In this document: positions 1 to 8,641 of the stretch, piece by piece | Numbering within the stretch: the first letter of the stretch is position 1 | Layout: every line of letters begins with the position of its first letter | Origin: Candidatus Raskinella chloraquaticus | Lineage (GTDB): Bacteria > Pseudomonadota > Alphaproteobacteria > Rhizobiales > UBA4765 | Reading direction: 5' to 3' | Length of the DNA: 64,000 bases | NCBI GenBank assembly: GCA_002365175.1 | Contig: DEZK01000012.1 | Coordinates: 67,330 to 131,329, forward strand | Notes under the pieces: generated by a model | What the model saw: only the letters and a program-made list of their open reading frames with translations | The model's database searches: none | Told to the model about the DNA's origin: nothing | Translations under genes and position numbers: made by a program

Positions 1-2
1 TT

Positions 3-434
3 TCGGTGCCGATCGCCGGGCTTGAACGACGTTTTTGTGTCGTAACGCGCGGCAAAGCGGTCGGCGGCCGGTTTATTCTCGTTGAGGATTTCGTCTATGA
101 TGATGGCGAAAAGGAGCGCAAGACCTGGGTCTTCACCCGTTTCGCCAATGGCCGCTATGCGGGGCAGCGTGAGGATGTCATCGGCGAGGCGGTGATCTGG
201 CAGGATGGCGATGTTGTGCGCCTTGCCTATGATATCGAGCTTAAAAACAGGCGCGACCGCTCAACCACCCGCCTTCATTTCAGCGATGTCATCCGTCTTG
301 ATCCCGATGGGCTGGCAGTCAACGACGCAAATATCAGCTTTTTTGGCGTGCCGATCGGCACAACGCGCGTTGTGTTCAGCAAATCATCGCGCTTGGATGC
401 CAGATCGGCCTGTAACCGGCGCCAAGCGCGCTGA
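3..434 (+). CDS. DUF3833-family protein, 5'-truncated by the window edge
   Basis: The reading frame is open to the left edge. The pattern ERRFxV...LVEDFVYDDGEKERKTW...GRYAG..EDViGEA...FSDVirL...N.a.isfFGvPiGttrvvFSK matches my recollection of the DUF3833 lipoprotein family. Confidence 0.65.
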   Translation, partial: SVPIAGLERRFCVVTRGKAVGGRFILVEDFVYDDGEKERKTWVFTRFANGRYAGQREDVIGEAVIWQDGDVVRLAYDIELKNRRDRSTTRLHFSDVIRLDPDGLAVNDANISFFGVPIGTTRVVFSKSSRLDARSACNRRQAR

Positions 435-972
435 TGCTGAGTGCGGGGGTTAGCACAGTGACGGCCGCGTTTGGCGTCCTCGTCTGCTCCCACCCTGCGG
501 GCGAGTAGCGATAGACCCTGCCCTCCCGCCGGGTGACGGCGCTCGCACCTGCGGCTGCCACCGCGCCGTCCGGTAGCTCGTCAAGCCGGCAGGACAGGGA
601 TGGTTGCACCAGCCGCTGCTGGCGGAGCGCCATATCCATCTCATCGGCAAATCGATAGCCGCACGCCGCCGCATAGGCGCGGAACGCAGCGCGCCGGCAT
701 TCGGCGCAGGGGCGATGGCCGGCGGCGAGCGCCACCACCTCGTCGAGAAAAAACAATTCGCTGTAGCCCTTGCCCCAGACCTGTCGCTGGCGGCCCTTGA
801 ACGCAAGCACGCAACAGATCCAGCGGCGCGATACATAAGCCCGCCGCCCAGGGCTCTGATCGTCCCGGTGCAGCCTGCCACCACGATTGCCCATCACTGT
901 CCCGCGCGCCGGGGTTGCCAGAAAACGGCCGAACGGATCGACGCGATTGGGGAGCGGGGAGCGTTGGCGCAT
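376..972 (-). CDS. conserved hypothetical protein with a GNRGG-LH ... GHRPCAECRR motif
   Basis: 198-aa ORF. It carries motifs I recall from a widespread uncharacterised proteobacterial/actinobacterial family (PLPNRVDPFG, MGNRGGRLH, YSELFFLDE, AAGHRPCAECRR, C-terminal GYRPxxHPSA). Its 3' end overlaps the convergent DUF3833 gene tail by 59 nt. Confidence 0.55.
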   Translation of the reverse strand: MRQRSPLPNRVDPFGRFLATPARGTVMGNRGGRLHRDDQSPGRRAYVSRRWICCVLAFKGRQRQVWGKGYSELFFLDEVVALAAGHRPCAECRRAAFRAYAAACGYRFADEMDMALRQQRLVQPSLSCRLDELPDGAVAAAGASAVTRREGRVYRYSPAGWEQTRTPNAAVTVLTPALSISALGAGYRPIWHPSAMIC

Positions 973-1228
973 GGCAGCCTCACGAAAATGTCAAAGCCGA
1001 CGGCATTCTTCTGCGCTGGCAATTTAGGCGACCATTTCGTTACGTCGTCCTCGCTCGCATGGGAATAAAATTCTTCCCCACGGCATTTAGGGTCAAGCGC
1101 AGGGTTGTTTCGGGTAAAATGGTGCGCTGCAATATCTTGAGTCGGAGCGCTAACTGGTATACCACCTCATGGAATATCGGCCGATACAAGGTGTTTCTCG
1201 GCCCTCACCGCGAATATGGATGTGAGCC

Positions 1229-2002
1229 ATGAGTGCGCTACGCGCCGAAACCGTTCTTGACGTCGAGCACTGGACGGAAAATCTGTTCAGTTTCAAGACG
1301 ACCCGCAGCCCGTCCTTCCGCTTCGACAGCGGGCAGTTCGTCATGATCGGGCTTGAAATCGACGGCAAGCCGCTGCTGCGCGCCTATTCCATGGCAGGCT
1401 CTGCCTATGATGACACGCTGTCGTTCTTTTCCATCAAGGTGGCGAATGGCCCGCTCACCTCGAAGCTGCAGAACATCAAGGTCGGCGACCCCATCCTTGT
1501 TGGTGCCAAGCCGACCGGCACCCTCGTTCTCGACAATGTGAAGCCTGGCCGCAATCTCTACCTCCTGTCGACCGGCACGGGCCTTGCGCCGTTCCTCAGC
1601 ATCATCCGCGACCCGCGTGCCTATGAGCGCTTCGCCAAGGTCGTCCTGGTCCATGGCTGCCGCTTTGCCAGCGAACTCACCTATGGCCGCCAGCATGTCG
1701 AAGAGATCAATGACGATCCGTTGGTGGGCGAGATGGCGGCAAACCAGCTCATTTATTATCCAGCCGTCACCCGCGAGCCGTTCACCCATCGCGGTCGCAT
1801 CACCCAGCTGATCAACTCCGGCCGCCTGACGAGCGACATCTGCGTGCCGCCGCTCGATTCAGCCTTTGACCGTGCCATGCTGTGCGGCAGCCCGGCGATG
1901 ATTGGCGATCTGCGTACCCTTCTCACCGCGCGCGGCTTCAACGAAGGCGCCAGCCATACGCCGGGCGAATTCGTCATCGAGAAGGCGTTTGTCGAGAAAT
2001 AG
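1229..2002 (+). CDS. fpr: ferredoxin--NADP(+) reductase (bacterial Fpr type)
   Basis: 257 aa. It has the FAD-binding RAYS motif, the NADP-binding LYLLSTGTGLAPFLSI motif and a C-terminal EFVIEKAFVEK tail typical of Fpr. Confidence 0.9.
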   Translation: MSALRAETVLDVEHWTENLFSFKTTRSPSFRFDSGQFVMIGLEIDGKPLLRAYSMAGSAYDDTLSFFSIKVANGPLTSKLQNIKVGDPILVGAKPTGTLVLDNVKPGRNLYLLSTGTGLAPFLSIIRDPRAYERFAKVVLVHGCRFASELTYGRQHVEEINDDPLVGEMAANQLIYYPAVTREPFTHRGRITQLINSGRLTSDICVPPLDSAFDRAMLCGSPAMIGDLRTLLTARGFNEGASHTPGEFVIEKAFVEK

Positions 2003-2026
2003 GGTTTGACCCGCGCGAAAATACGT

Positions 2027-2060
2027 TGAGACGCGCAATTGCTCCTGCGTCTCACTTTGG
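2027..2060 (+). terminator. candidate intrinsic terminator downstream of fpr
   Basis: Inverted repeat TGAGACGC-N12-GCGTCTCA lies 25 nt after the fpr stop and is followed by CTTTGG. The T-tract is weak. Confidence 0.35.
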
Positions 2061-2218
2061 TCTGGCGATCCAACGGATATCGTGCCGCTAACAGCAGACT
2101 TTCTGATCATGGTATCAGCGCGGCAGGCTGCGAAGGTGGGGGCTGGCCATCGCCTGTTCAGGTCAGGCGAAACCAGCCTCGCGGCCGATGATGGCCCGCG
2201 ATAATTATCGCTATCGGG

Positions 2219-3184
2219 TCAGAACTCCACCTCGATTGCCGCCCCTTTGGCAATCGCCAGATCGACGACGGCTGACGCCACCGCGAGATCCTGCAGGCCG
2301 ACGCCGGTGCCATCGAAGAGCGTGATCTCATCCGCAGACGAGCGCCCCGGATGCTTGCCGATGATCACCTGGCCGATTTCGGTGATCTGGCTATCCTTGA
2401 TCAGCCCGGCGCTGATCGCGTGCTGGCATTCACCGATTGTCACCGACTGGGCTATTTCATCGGTGAAGACGGTTGCTTTTGCCACCAGCGCCGCCTCGAC
2501 CTCCTGCTTGCCCTTGGTATCGGTCCCCATGCAGGCGATATGGGTTCCGGGCCGCACCTGATCAGCCTTCAGGATGGCATTGAATGACGAGGTGATGGTG
2601 ATGATGACGTCGGCCACCGCGCCGAGCTGGTCGAGAGAGACCGGTTCGAACGGCAGACCTGCCTCGGCTGCAACGTCGGCTACACGCTTCAGCATGTCAG
2701 GCTCGACATTCCACCCCACCACCCGCTCGAATTTGCGCTGACCGAGGGCAGCGCGCAGCTGGAAAGCCGATTGATGGCCAGCCCCGATGATGCCGATCAC
2801 TTTCGCGTCGGTGCGGGCGAGGTAGCGGATCGACAGGGAGGAGGCAGCGGCAGTACGAAGCGCCGTCAGCAGATTGCCGCCAACGATGGCGCGGCAGCGA
2901 CCGGTATCGGCATCGAACAGGAAGACCGAGGATTGATGGTTGGTGATGCCCTTGGCCATGTTGTGGGGCCAGAAGCCACCTGCCTTCAGGCCAAGCGTCG
3001 GGCCATCGCGGTCAAACCCCGATTTGAAGCCATAGAGCGCGTCCTGATAGCCAATCGCCTCACGGATGACCGGAAAATTATAGGCGCTGCGCCGCGCCAT
3101 GGAGGCAAACACCTGCTCGACAGCCGCCAGGCATTCAGACGGCGATATCAGTTCGCCGATCGCTTTTTCCGGTACGATAATCAT
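2219..3184 (-). CDS. bhcD: ornithine cyclodeaminase/mu-crystallin family protein; by context iminosuccinate reductase BhcD
   Basis: 321 aa of the OCD/mu-crystallin family with a Rossmann motif (IGIIGAGHQS). It is the last gene of a four-gene run whose order matches bhcABCD. Confidence 0.75.
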   Translation of the reverse strand: MIIVPEKAIGELISPSECLAAVEQVFASMARRSAYNFPVIREAIGYQDALYGFKSGFDRDGPTLGLKAGGFWPHNMAKGITNHQSSVFLFDADTGRCRAIVGGNLLTALRTAAASSLSIRYLARTDAKVIGIIGAGHQSAFQLRAALGQRKFERVVGWNVEPDMLKRVADVAAEAGLPFEPVSLDQLGAVADVIITITSSFNAILKADQVRPGTHIACMGTDTKGKQEVEAALVAKATVFTDEIAQSVTIGECQHAISAGLIKDSQITEIGQVIIGKHPGRSSADEITLFDGTGVGLQDLAVASAVVDLAIAKGAAIEVEF

Positions 3185-3251
3185 GCTCGTCTCTCTGATG
3201 GTGACAGGGGCGGGTCGCTTGGCTGTGGACCGCGCCCCTCATGTCGCGTGA

Positions 3252-4415
3252 TCAATAGGCCTTGCCGCGCGCCGATACCGGCCACACCACTTCGACGACG
3301 CCGTTGCGCACCCCCACATACCAGTCATGGACGTTGCAGGTGGGATCGCAATGACCGGGCACCAGACGCAGCTTCTCGTTGATCTTGAGAACCGCCTTCG
3401 GGTCATCGATGACGCCGTGCTCGTCGGAGCATTTGATGTATTTGACATCGTCGCGCCCGAAGATGAACGGCAGGCCGGAATCAACCGACTGTGCCTTCAG
3501 CCCGGCATCGCAAATGGCTTTGTCGGCCTTGGCGTGGCTCATGACGCTGGTCAGGATGAACAGCGCGTTCTTCCACTCGCCCTGGTCGATCCGCTTGCCA
3601 TCCTGGTCGAGCACACGTCCATAATCAGCATCCATGAAGGCGTAGCTGCCGCATTGCAACTCGTTATACACCTTCGAATTGCTCTCGAAATAGTAGCTGC
3701 CGGTGCCGCCGCCGCTCACCAGCTCAGGCTTCAGGCCGACCGCTTCAAGCGCGTCAACCGATTCCCTGACCTGGGCAATCGCCGCATCGAGCTTGGCCTT
3801 GCGATCCTCGAACTTGTCGATGTGCTGCATGGCGCCCTGATAAGCCTGGATGCCTGTGAATTTGAGGTTCGGCGCAGCGTCAATAGCCTTGGCGATCGCT
3901 ACGACGTCGGCGGCGGTCTTGACGCCGCAGCGCCCGGCGCCGCAATCGATCTCGACAAAACACTCAAGCGTCGTGCCATGCTTCACCGCGCCGGCCGACA
4001 GATCGGCAACGTTGGTGACATCATCGACGCAAACGATGATGCGCGAGCCGTATTTCGGCAGGCGGGCCAGACGGTCGATCTTGGCCGGATCGCGGACCTG
4101 GTTGGAGACCAGCACATCCTTGATGCCGCCACGAGCGAAGACCTCGGCTTCCGACACTTTCTGGCAGCATACGCCAATCGCACCGCCAAGCTTTTCCTGC
4201 AAGCGCAGCACGTCGACCGATTTGTGCATCTTGCCATGGGCGCGATGGCGCATGCCATGCGCCTTGGCGTAGTCGCCCATCTTCTTGATGTTGTGCTCCA
4301 GCGCGTCGAGATCGAGGATCAGACACGGGGTCTGAATGTCCTGTTCGCGCATGCCGGGAAGTGCCGGGACGTCAAACCCGACTTCAAGATCGTTCAGCTT
4401 GGTGATCATGTTCAT
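3252..4415 (-). CDS. bhcC: alanine-racemase-fold PLP enzyme (DSD1 / D-threonine aldolase-like); by context beta-hydroxyaspartate aldolase BhcC
   Basis: 387 aa. The N-terminal PLP-lysine region (RHRAHGKMHKS) resembles the RPHxKTHK motif of the D-threonine aldolase / D-3-hydroxyaspartate aldolase family. Its position matches the bhc cluster. Confidence 0.75.
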   Translation of the reverse strand: MNMITKLNDLEVGFDVPALPGMREQDIQTPCLILDLDALEHNIKKMGDYAKAHGMRHRAHGKMHKSVDVLRLQEKLGGAIGVCCQKVSEAEVFARGGIKDVLVSNQVRDPAKIDRLARLPKYGSRIIVCVDDVTNVADLSAGAVKHGTTLECFVEIDCGAGRCGVKTAADVVAIAKAIDAAPNLKFTGIQAYQGAMQHIDKFEDRKAKLDAAIAQVRESVDALEAVGLKPELVSGGGTGSYYFESNSKVYNELQCGSYAFMDADYGRVLDQDGKRIDQGEWKNALFILTSVMSHAKADKAICDAGLKAQSVDSGLPFIFGRDDVKYIKCSDEHGVIDDPKAVLKINEKLRLVPGHCDPTCNVHDWYVGVRNGVVEVVWPVSARGKAY

Positions 4416-4435
4416 GGGATTTCCTCTTTCCGTGC

Positions 4436-5383
4436 TTATTGCCAGGGCAGCTTGTCGAGGTCGACATTGCCGCCAGTGATGATGACGCCGACGCGCTTGC
4501 CGGCAAAGACGTGCTTGTTCTTGATGATGGTCGCCAGGGGAACAGCGCAGGAGGGTTCCATGACGATCTTCATGCGCTTCCAGGTGAGCTTCATCGCCTC
4601 GATGATTTCGTCCTCCGAGGCGGTGAGAATGTCGGTCACGTGGTTGCGGACGAAGTGCCAGGTGAGTTCCTTGAGCGGCACCTTCAATCCATCGGCAATG
4701 GTATTGGGGGCATCATCGGCGATGATGTGACCGGCCTTGAAGCTGCGGTAGGCGTCATCGGCCTGCTCGGGCTCGGCAGCATAGATTTTAACCTGCGGCG
4801 CCAGCTTCGAAAGTGTCAGGCAGGTGCCCGAGACCATACCGCCACCGCCGATCGGGGCGACGACCGCGTCAAGCCCGCTGACCTGCTCGATCAGCTCCTT
4901 CGAACATGTCGCCTGTCCGGCAATGACGCGGTGATCATTATAGGGGTGGACGAATTCAGCCCCCGTTTCCTTCACGACTTCGGCAAAGACCGCTTCGCGC
5001 GAGGTCGTGGAGGGTTCGCACTCGACGACACGACCACCATAACCCTTGACCGCGTCCTTCTTTGCCTGCGGTGCGGTCCGCGGCATGACGACGGTGCAGG
5101 GAATGCCGCGACGCCCGGCGGCGTAGCTCAGGCAGGTGCCGTGATTGCCCGAGGAGTGGGTGGCAACGCCTTTTGCCGCCTGAGCGTCGGTGAGGCTGAA
5201 GACGGCATTCGAGGCGCCGCGCGCCTTGAAGGCGCCAGCCTTCTGCAGGTTCTCGCATTTGAAGAAGAGCTCGGCCCCCGTCAGCTCGTTCATCATGCGC
5301 GAGGTGAGGACAGGGGTAAGGTGGATATGCGGCTTGATGCGATCATGGGCCGCAAGGACGTCATCGAAGGTCGGGATATACAT
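4436..5383 (-). CDS. bhcB: PLP-dependent serine/threonine dehydratase-fold enzyme; by context beta-hydroxyaspartate dehydratase BhcB
   Basis: 315 aa with the PLP-lysine motif FKCENLQKAGAFKARGA and the SSGNHG motif of fold-type II dehydratases/racemases. It lies 18 nt downstream of the aminotransferase gene. Confidence 0.75.
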   Translation of the reverse strand: MYIPTFDDVLAAHDRIKPHIHLTPVLTSRMMNELTGAELFFKCENLQKAGAFKARGASNAVFSLTDAQAAKGVATHSSGNHGTCLSYAAGRRGIPCTVVMPRTAPQAKKDAVKGYGGRVVECEPSTTSREAVFAEVVKETGAEFVHPYNDHRVIAGQATCSKELIEQVSGLDAVVAPIGGGGMVSGTCLTLSKLAPQVKIYAAEPEQADDAYRSFKAGHIIADDAPNTIADGLKVPLKELTWHFVRNHVTDILTASEDEIIEAMKLTWKRMKIVMEPSCAVPLATIIKNKHVFAGKRVGVIITGGNVDLDKLPWQ

Positions 5384-5401
5384 GCGCGTCTGGTTCCTTG
5401 T

Positions 5402-6592
5402 TCAGGCGGCGGCCTGGGTGGCAAGCGTGGCGGAGCTGCGGTAGGCCTGCTGGGCGGCGGCGACGCCTGACCCCAGGCGGACAGGGAGCCCCAGATCAAC
5501 CATGCACATTTCGAGCGTGGCGATTCCAGCGAGCGCCATGACATCCGTCAAGGCCCCGAGATGGCCGATTCTGAAAGCCTTGCCACCGAGTTCTCCAAGC
5601 CCCATGCCGAATGCCACATCATATTTTTGCGAGGCGTGAGTGACAATCGAGGTGGCGTCAAATCCGGCCGGTGTGCGGATGGCGCTGACCGTATCGGAAT
5701 AAAGCTCTTCGCGGCGGGCACAAAGTTCCAGGCCCCAGGCATGGACAGCCGCGCGAACGCCGCTGGCAATGCGATAATGGCGGGCGAATACGTTATCAAG
5801 CCCTTCCGACAACAGCATTTCGGTTGAAAGCTTGAGCCCGTTCATGAGACCCACGGCGGGCGTGTAGGGATAGCCATTAATGGCGTAGCCGCGCGCCATG
5901 TCGCGAATATCAAAGAAAGTCCGCGGCAATTTGGCCGATTTCACGGCTTCCATCGCCTTGGGCGAAAAAGCCAGGATGGCAAGGCCAACCGGCAGCATAA
6001 AGCCTTTTTGCGAACCGGTGATGGCGATGTCAACGCCCCATTCGGCCATGCGGAAATCCATGCAGCCGATCGAGCTGACACCGTCGACGAGCAGCAGGGC
6101 GGGATGGCCGACCGAATCGAGCGCGCGCCGCACGCTGGCGATGTCGGAGCGAACGCCCGTCGCCGTTTCATTGTGTGTCACCAGGACGGCCTTGATTTCG
6201 TGCGCCTTGTCGGCAGCCAGCGCCTCGGCGAAGCGGTCGGCCGGCGTTCCCTCGCCCCACGGCGTCTCGATCACATCGACAGCAAGACCGTGGCGGCGGC
6301 ACATATCGATCCAGCGATGGCTGAACACGCCATAGCGCGCACTCAGAACGCGGTCGCCCGGGCTCAGCGTATTCGAGATCGCGCACTCCCAGCCGCCCGT
6401 GCCGGACGAGGGGAAAACAAAGATCTCGGCACTGTCGCTCTTCACCACCTTTTTGACGCCGGCAAGCACCGGGCGCAGAATGTCGGCAAAATGGCGCGAG
6501 CGATGGTCAAGCGTCGGCATATCAACGGCGCGGCGCAGGACTTCCGGCATATTGGTTGGCCCGGGAATGAAGATGGGATTTTGCATGAACAT
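5402..6592 (-). CDS. bhcA: class V aminotransferase; by context aspartate--glyoxylate aminotransferase BhcA
   Basis: 396 aa. The N-terminus NPIFIPGPTNMPE and the PLP-lysine region TGSQKGFMLP are typical of serine/alanine-glyoxylate type class V aminotransferases. It is the first gene of the minus-strand operon. Confidence 0.75.
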   Translation of the reverse strand: MFMQNPIFIPGPTNMPEVLRRAVDMPTLDHRSRHFADILRPVLAGVKKVVKSDSAEIFVFPSSGTGGWECAISNTLSPGDRVLSARYGVFSHRWIDMCRRHGLAVDVIETPWGEGTPADRFAEALAADKAHEIKAVLVTHNETATGVRSDIASVRRALDSVGHPALLLVDGVSSIGCMDFRMAEWGVDIAITGSQKGFMLPVGLAILAFSPKAMEAVKSAKLPRTFFDIRDMARGYAINGYPYTPAVGLMNGLKLSTEMLLSEGLDNVFARHYRIASGVRAAVHAWGLELCARREELYSDTVSAIRTPAGFDATSIVTHASQKYDVAFGMGLGELGGKAFRIGHLGALTDVMALAGIATLEMCMVDLGLPVRLGSGVAAAQQAYRSSATLATQAAA

Positions 6593-6789
6593 CAGAGCGT
6601 CTCTCCATTTGTTGGTCGCAAGTTAGCAGGCATCGATCGGCTGCGATATATTTTTGAAAAAATTTTTCATTTTTTTTCTCATGTATTAAAAGTATATATA
6701 TTACATGGGCTTGGATTTTTTCACAGCGGTATACAGCCGGCCTCCGGTGCGCTAGCCTGAAGCCGGCGCGCAACGCAGGCGGAACAGCG

Positions 6790-7605
6790 ATGACGAGCGA
6801 AAACCGACGACGCGGACGCCCCCGGCAGAGCGCCGGGCATGCGCAGCAACCCTCCATTCAAGCCCTTGATCGAGCAATTGACGTGCTGGCTGTCGTCGCT
6901 GCCCATGACGGCGTCACCCTGTCGCAAATCGCGTCCGAGCTTGGGCAGTCTGTCGCGACGATGCATCGCGTGATCAATTCGCTCGAACAGCGCGCCATGA
7001 TCGAACTCAGCAGGGACAGCCAGGAATGGCATATCGGGCCGGAAGCGTTTCGCCTCGGATCAGCGTTCCTGCGGCGAAGCAATGTCATCGAGCGCAGCCG
7101 CCCGGTGATGCGCCAGCTGACGGCGGAAATGGGGGAAACGTCGAATCTCGGTATCGAGTGGGAAGGAAATGTGCTGTTCGTCAGCCAGATCGAGACGCAT
7201 CAGTTCATCCGCGCTTTTTTTCGCCCCGGCACCGTTTCGCCATTTCATGCCTCGGGAATCGGCAAAGCATTGCTGAGCATGTACGATCTGCCGCGCACGC
7301 GGGCCGTTCTGCAGCAATCAGGCTTCGAGGCATTCACCGCCAACACGATATTGACTGCCGATGCGCTGCTGGTCGAGCTCGACATCATCCGGCGCAAGGG
7401 CTTTGCGGTCGATAACGAGGAACGCGCCAAGGGCATGCGCTGTATCGCTGCGCCCATCCTCAACGGTTTCGGCGAGCCGGTGGCAGGCCTGTCGATTTCA
7501 GGCCCGACCGAACGCCTTCCCGATGCCCATATCGATACCATCGGCGGCAAGGTGAAGGAGGCTGCCCAGCAGATTTCATCATTGCTTGGCTTGCTGAAGG
7601 GATAG
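6790..7605 (+). CDS. bhcR: IclR-family transcriptional regulator, divergent from bhcA (BhcR-like)
   Basis: 271 aa with an N-terminal wHTH (LDRAIDVLAVVAAHDGVTLSQIASELG) and an IclR effector domain (AGLSISGPTERL). It is divergently transcribed from the bhc operon, as in Paracoccus denitrificans. Confidence 0.7.
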   Translation: MTSENRRRGRPRQSAGHAQQPSIQALDRAIDVLAVVAAHDGVTLSQIASELGQSVATMHRVINSLEQRAMIELSRDSQEWHIGPEAFRLGSAFLRRSNVIERSRPVMRQLTAEMGETSNLGIEWEGNVLFVSQIETHQFIRAFFRPGTVSPFHASGIGKALLSMYDLPRTRAVLQQSGFEAFTANTILTADALLVELDIIRRKGFAVDNEERAKGMRCIAAPILNGFGEPVAGLSISGPTERLPDAHIDTIGGKVKEAAQQISSLLGLLKG

Positions 7606-7674
7606 GGTTTCGTTTTTATTACGGCCGGCGTTGATGCTGCCACGACGCTGCGTGAGGCAAACGGCAGCGGGCGG

Positions 7675-8541
7675 CTAGCCGCTGAGTGCCGCCGCATCGC
7701 TCTCGCGGTCCTTGTGCTCAGGCACGATGCCGCCCAATGACTGGGTAATCGCCACGGCAACCTGCGCCACGATATGTCCCAGGCGATGAAACCGCTCATC
7801 GGATATACGGGCAGCCGGAGCGGAGAGTGAAATCGCGCATAACGGCTCACCATCGCTGTTGAAGACGGCAGAGGCAACACAACGCAATCCCGGATTGGCC
7901 TCCTCATCATCAAGCGCATAGCCATCCTGGCGAATCCGATGGAGCGCTGCAAAGAGGTCATCGGCCCGCACGATTGATTTTGGCGTCAGGCGACGCAGAC
8001 CGAACGTCTTGACGATATGGCCGATATCGGGCGTTGCGTAATGGGCCATGATGGCCTTGCCAAGGCCAGACGACGTCATCGGGATGCGCCCGCCCGGACG
8101 CGTGATGGCGCGGACGATCTCGCGGCTTTCGACCTGGTGGAGAATGACCACTTCGCCCGCCTCGGCAATCCCCAGATTGATGGTCTCGCGCGTCTTGTCG
8201 CGCAATGCTCGCAGGAAAGGCAGGGCAGCGCCGATGAAATTGTTGCGCCGGGCAAAGGAGGCGCCAACGCTATGGGCCTGTCGACCGATACGCCAGGCAC
8301 TTTCAGCCGCATCGAACATAACAAAACGGCGCTCTTCCATCGTCGTCAGGATGCGGTGCACCGTTGATGCGGACAGGCCGCTGCGCTCGGTGATTTCCGA
8401 CAGGCTCATCCCTGCCTCAGCCTCGGCGATGACTTCAAGTATCCGCAGGGCGCGATCAACCGCCTGAACCGCGCCCTTGGACTGCGGCTCCCGCGCTTCA
8501 CGCAGTGGCTTTCGCCGCAAAGGGCCGGATGCCTTTTTCAT
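7675..8541 (-). CDS. IclR-family transcriptional regulator (second paralog)
   Basis: 288 aa with a wHTH (VDRALRILEVIAEAEAGMSLSEITERSG) and an IclR C-terminal domain (CAISLSAPAARI). It is convergent with the bhcR-like gene. Confidence 0.85.
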   Translation of the reverse strand: MKKASGPLRRKPLREAREPQSKGAVQAVDRALRILEVIAEAEAGMSLSEITERSGLSASTVHRILTTMEERRFVMFDAAESAWRIGRQAHSVGASFARRNNFIGAALPFLRALRDKTRETINLGIAEAGEVVILHQVESREIVRAITRPGGRIPMTSSGLGKAIMAHYATPDIGHIVKTFGLRRLTPKSIVRADDLFAALHRIRQDGYALDDEEANPGLRCVASAVFNSDGEPLCAISLSAPAARISDERFHRLGHIVAQVAVAITQSLGGIVPEHKDRESDAAALSG

Positions 8542-8641
8542 GCCTTCCTCCGATGATCGGCCCCAGCTGTCACGATGGGCGGATCGACGACGCGCGCCAA
8601 CTAATAATCCGCCACCTCACCGGGGAACTGCAAGCCCCGCG

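Noticed and set aside
376-434. 59-nt convergent overlap between the DUF3833 gene tail and the 198-aa hypothetical gene
   Set aside because: It is probably harmless. The last ~16 codons of the DUF3833 ORF extend beyond the family's usual C-terminus (..VVFSK). The overlap therefore likely reflects a non-conserved tail rather than a functional antisense arrangement.
2198-2211. 14-bp perfect palindrome GCGATAATTATCGC just downstream of the bhcD stop
   Set aside because: As a hairpin it has a 5-bp stem with no T-tract, so it is a poor terminator. A single short palindrome without a second copy or a known motif match is not enough to call an operator.
3327-4730. 467-aa plus-strand ORF spanning the bhcC/bhcB region
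   Set aside because: It is antisense to two genes with clear PLP-enzyme motifs. Its composition is the Ala/Gly/Arg/Leu-rich type typical of out-of-frame ORFs in high-GC DNA, and I recognise no motifs in it.
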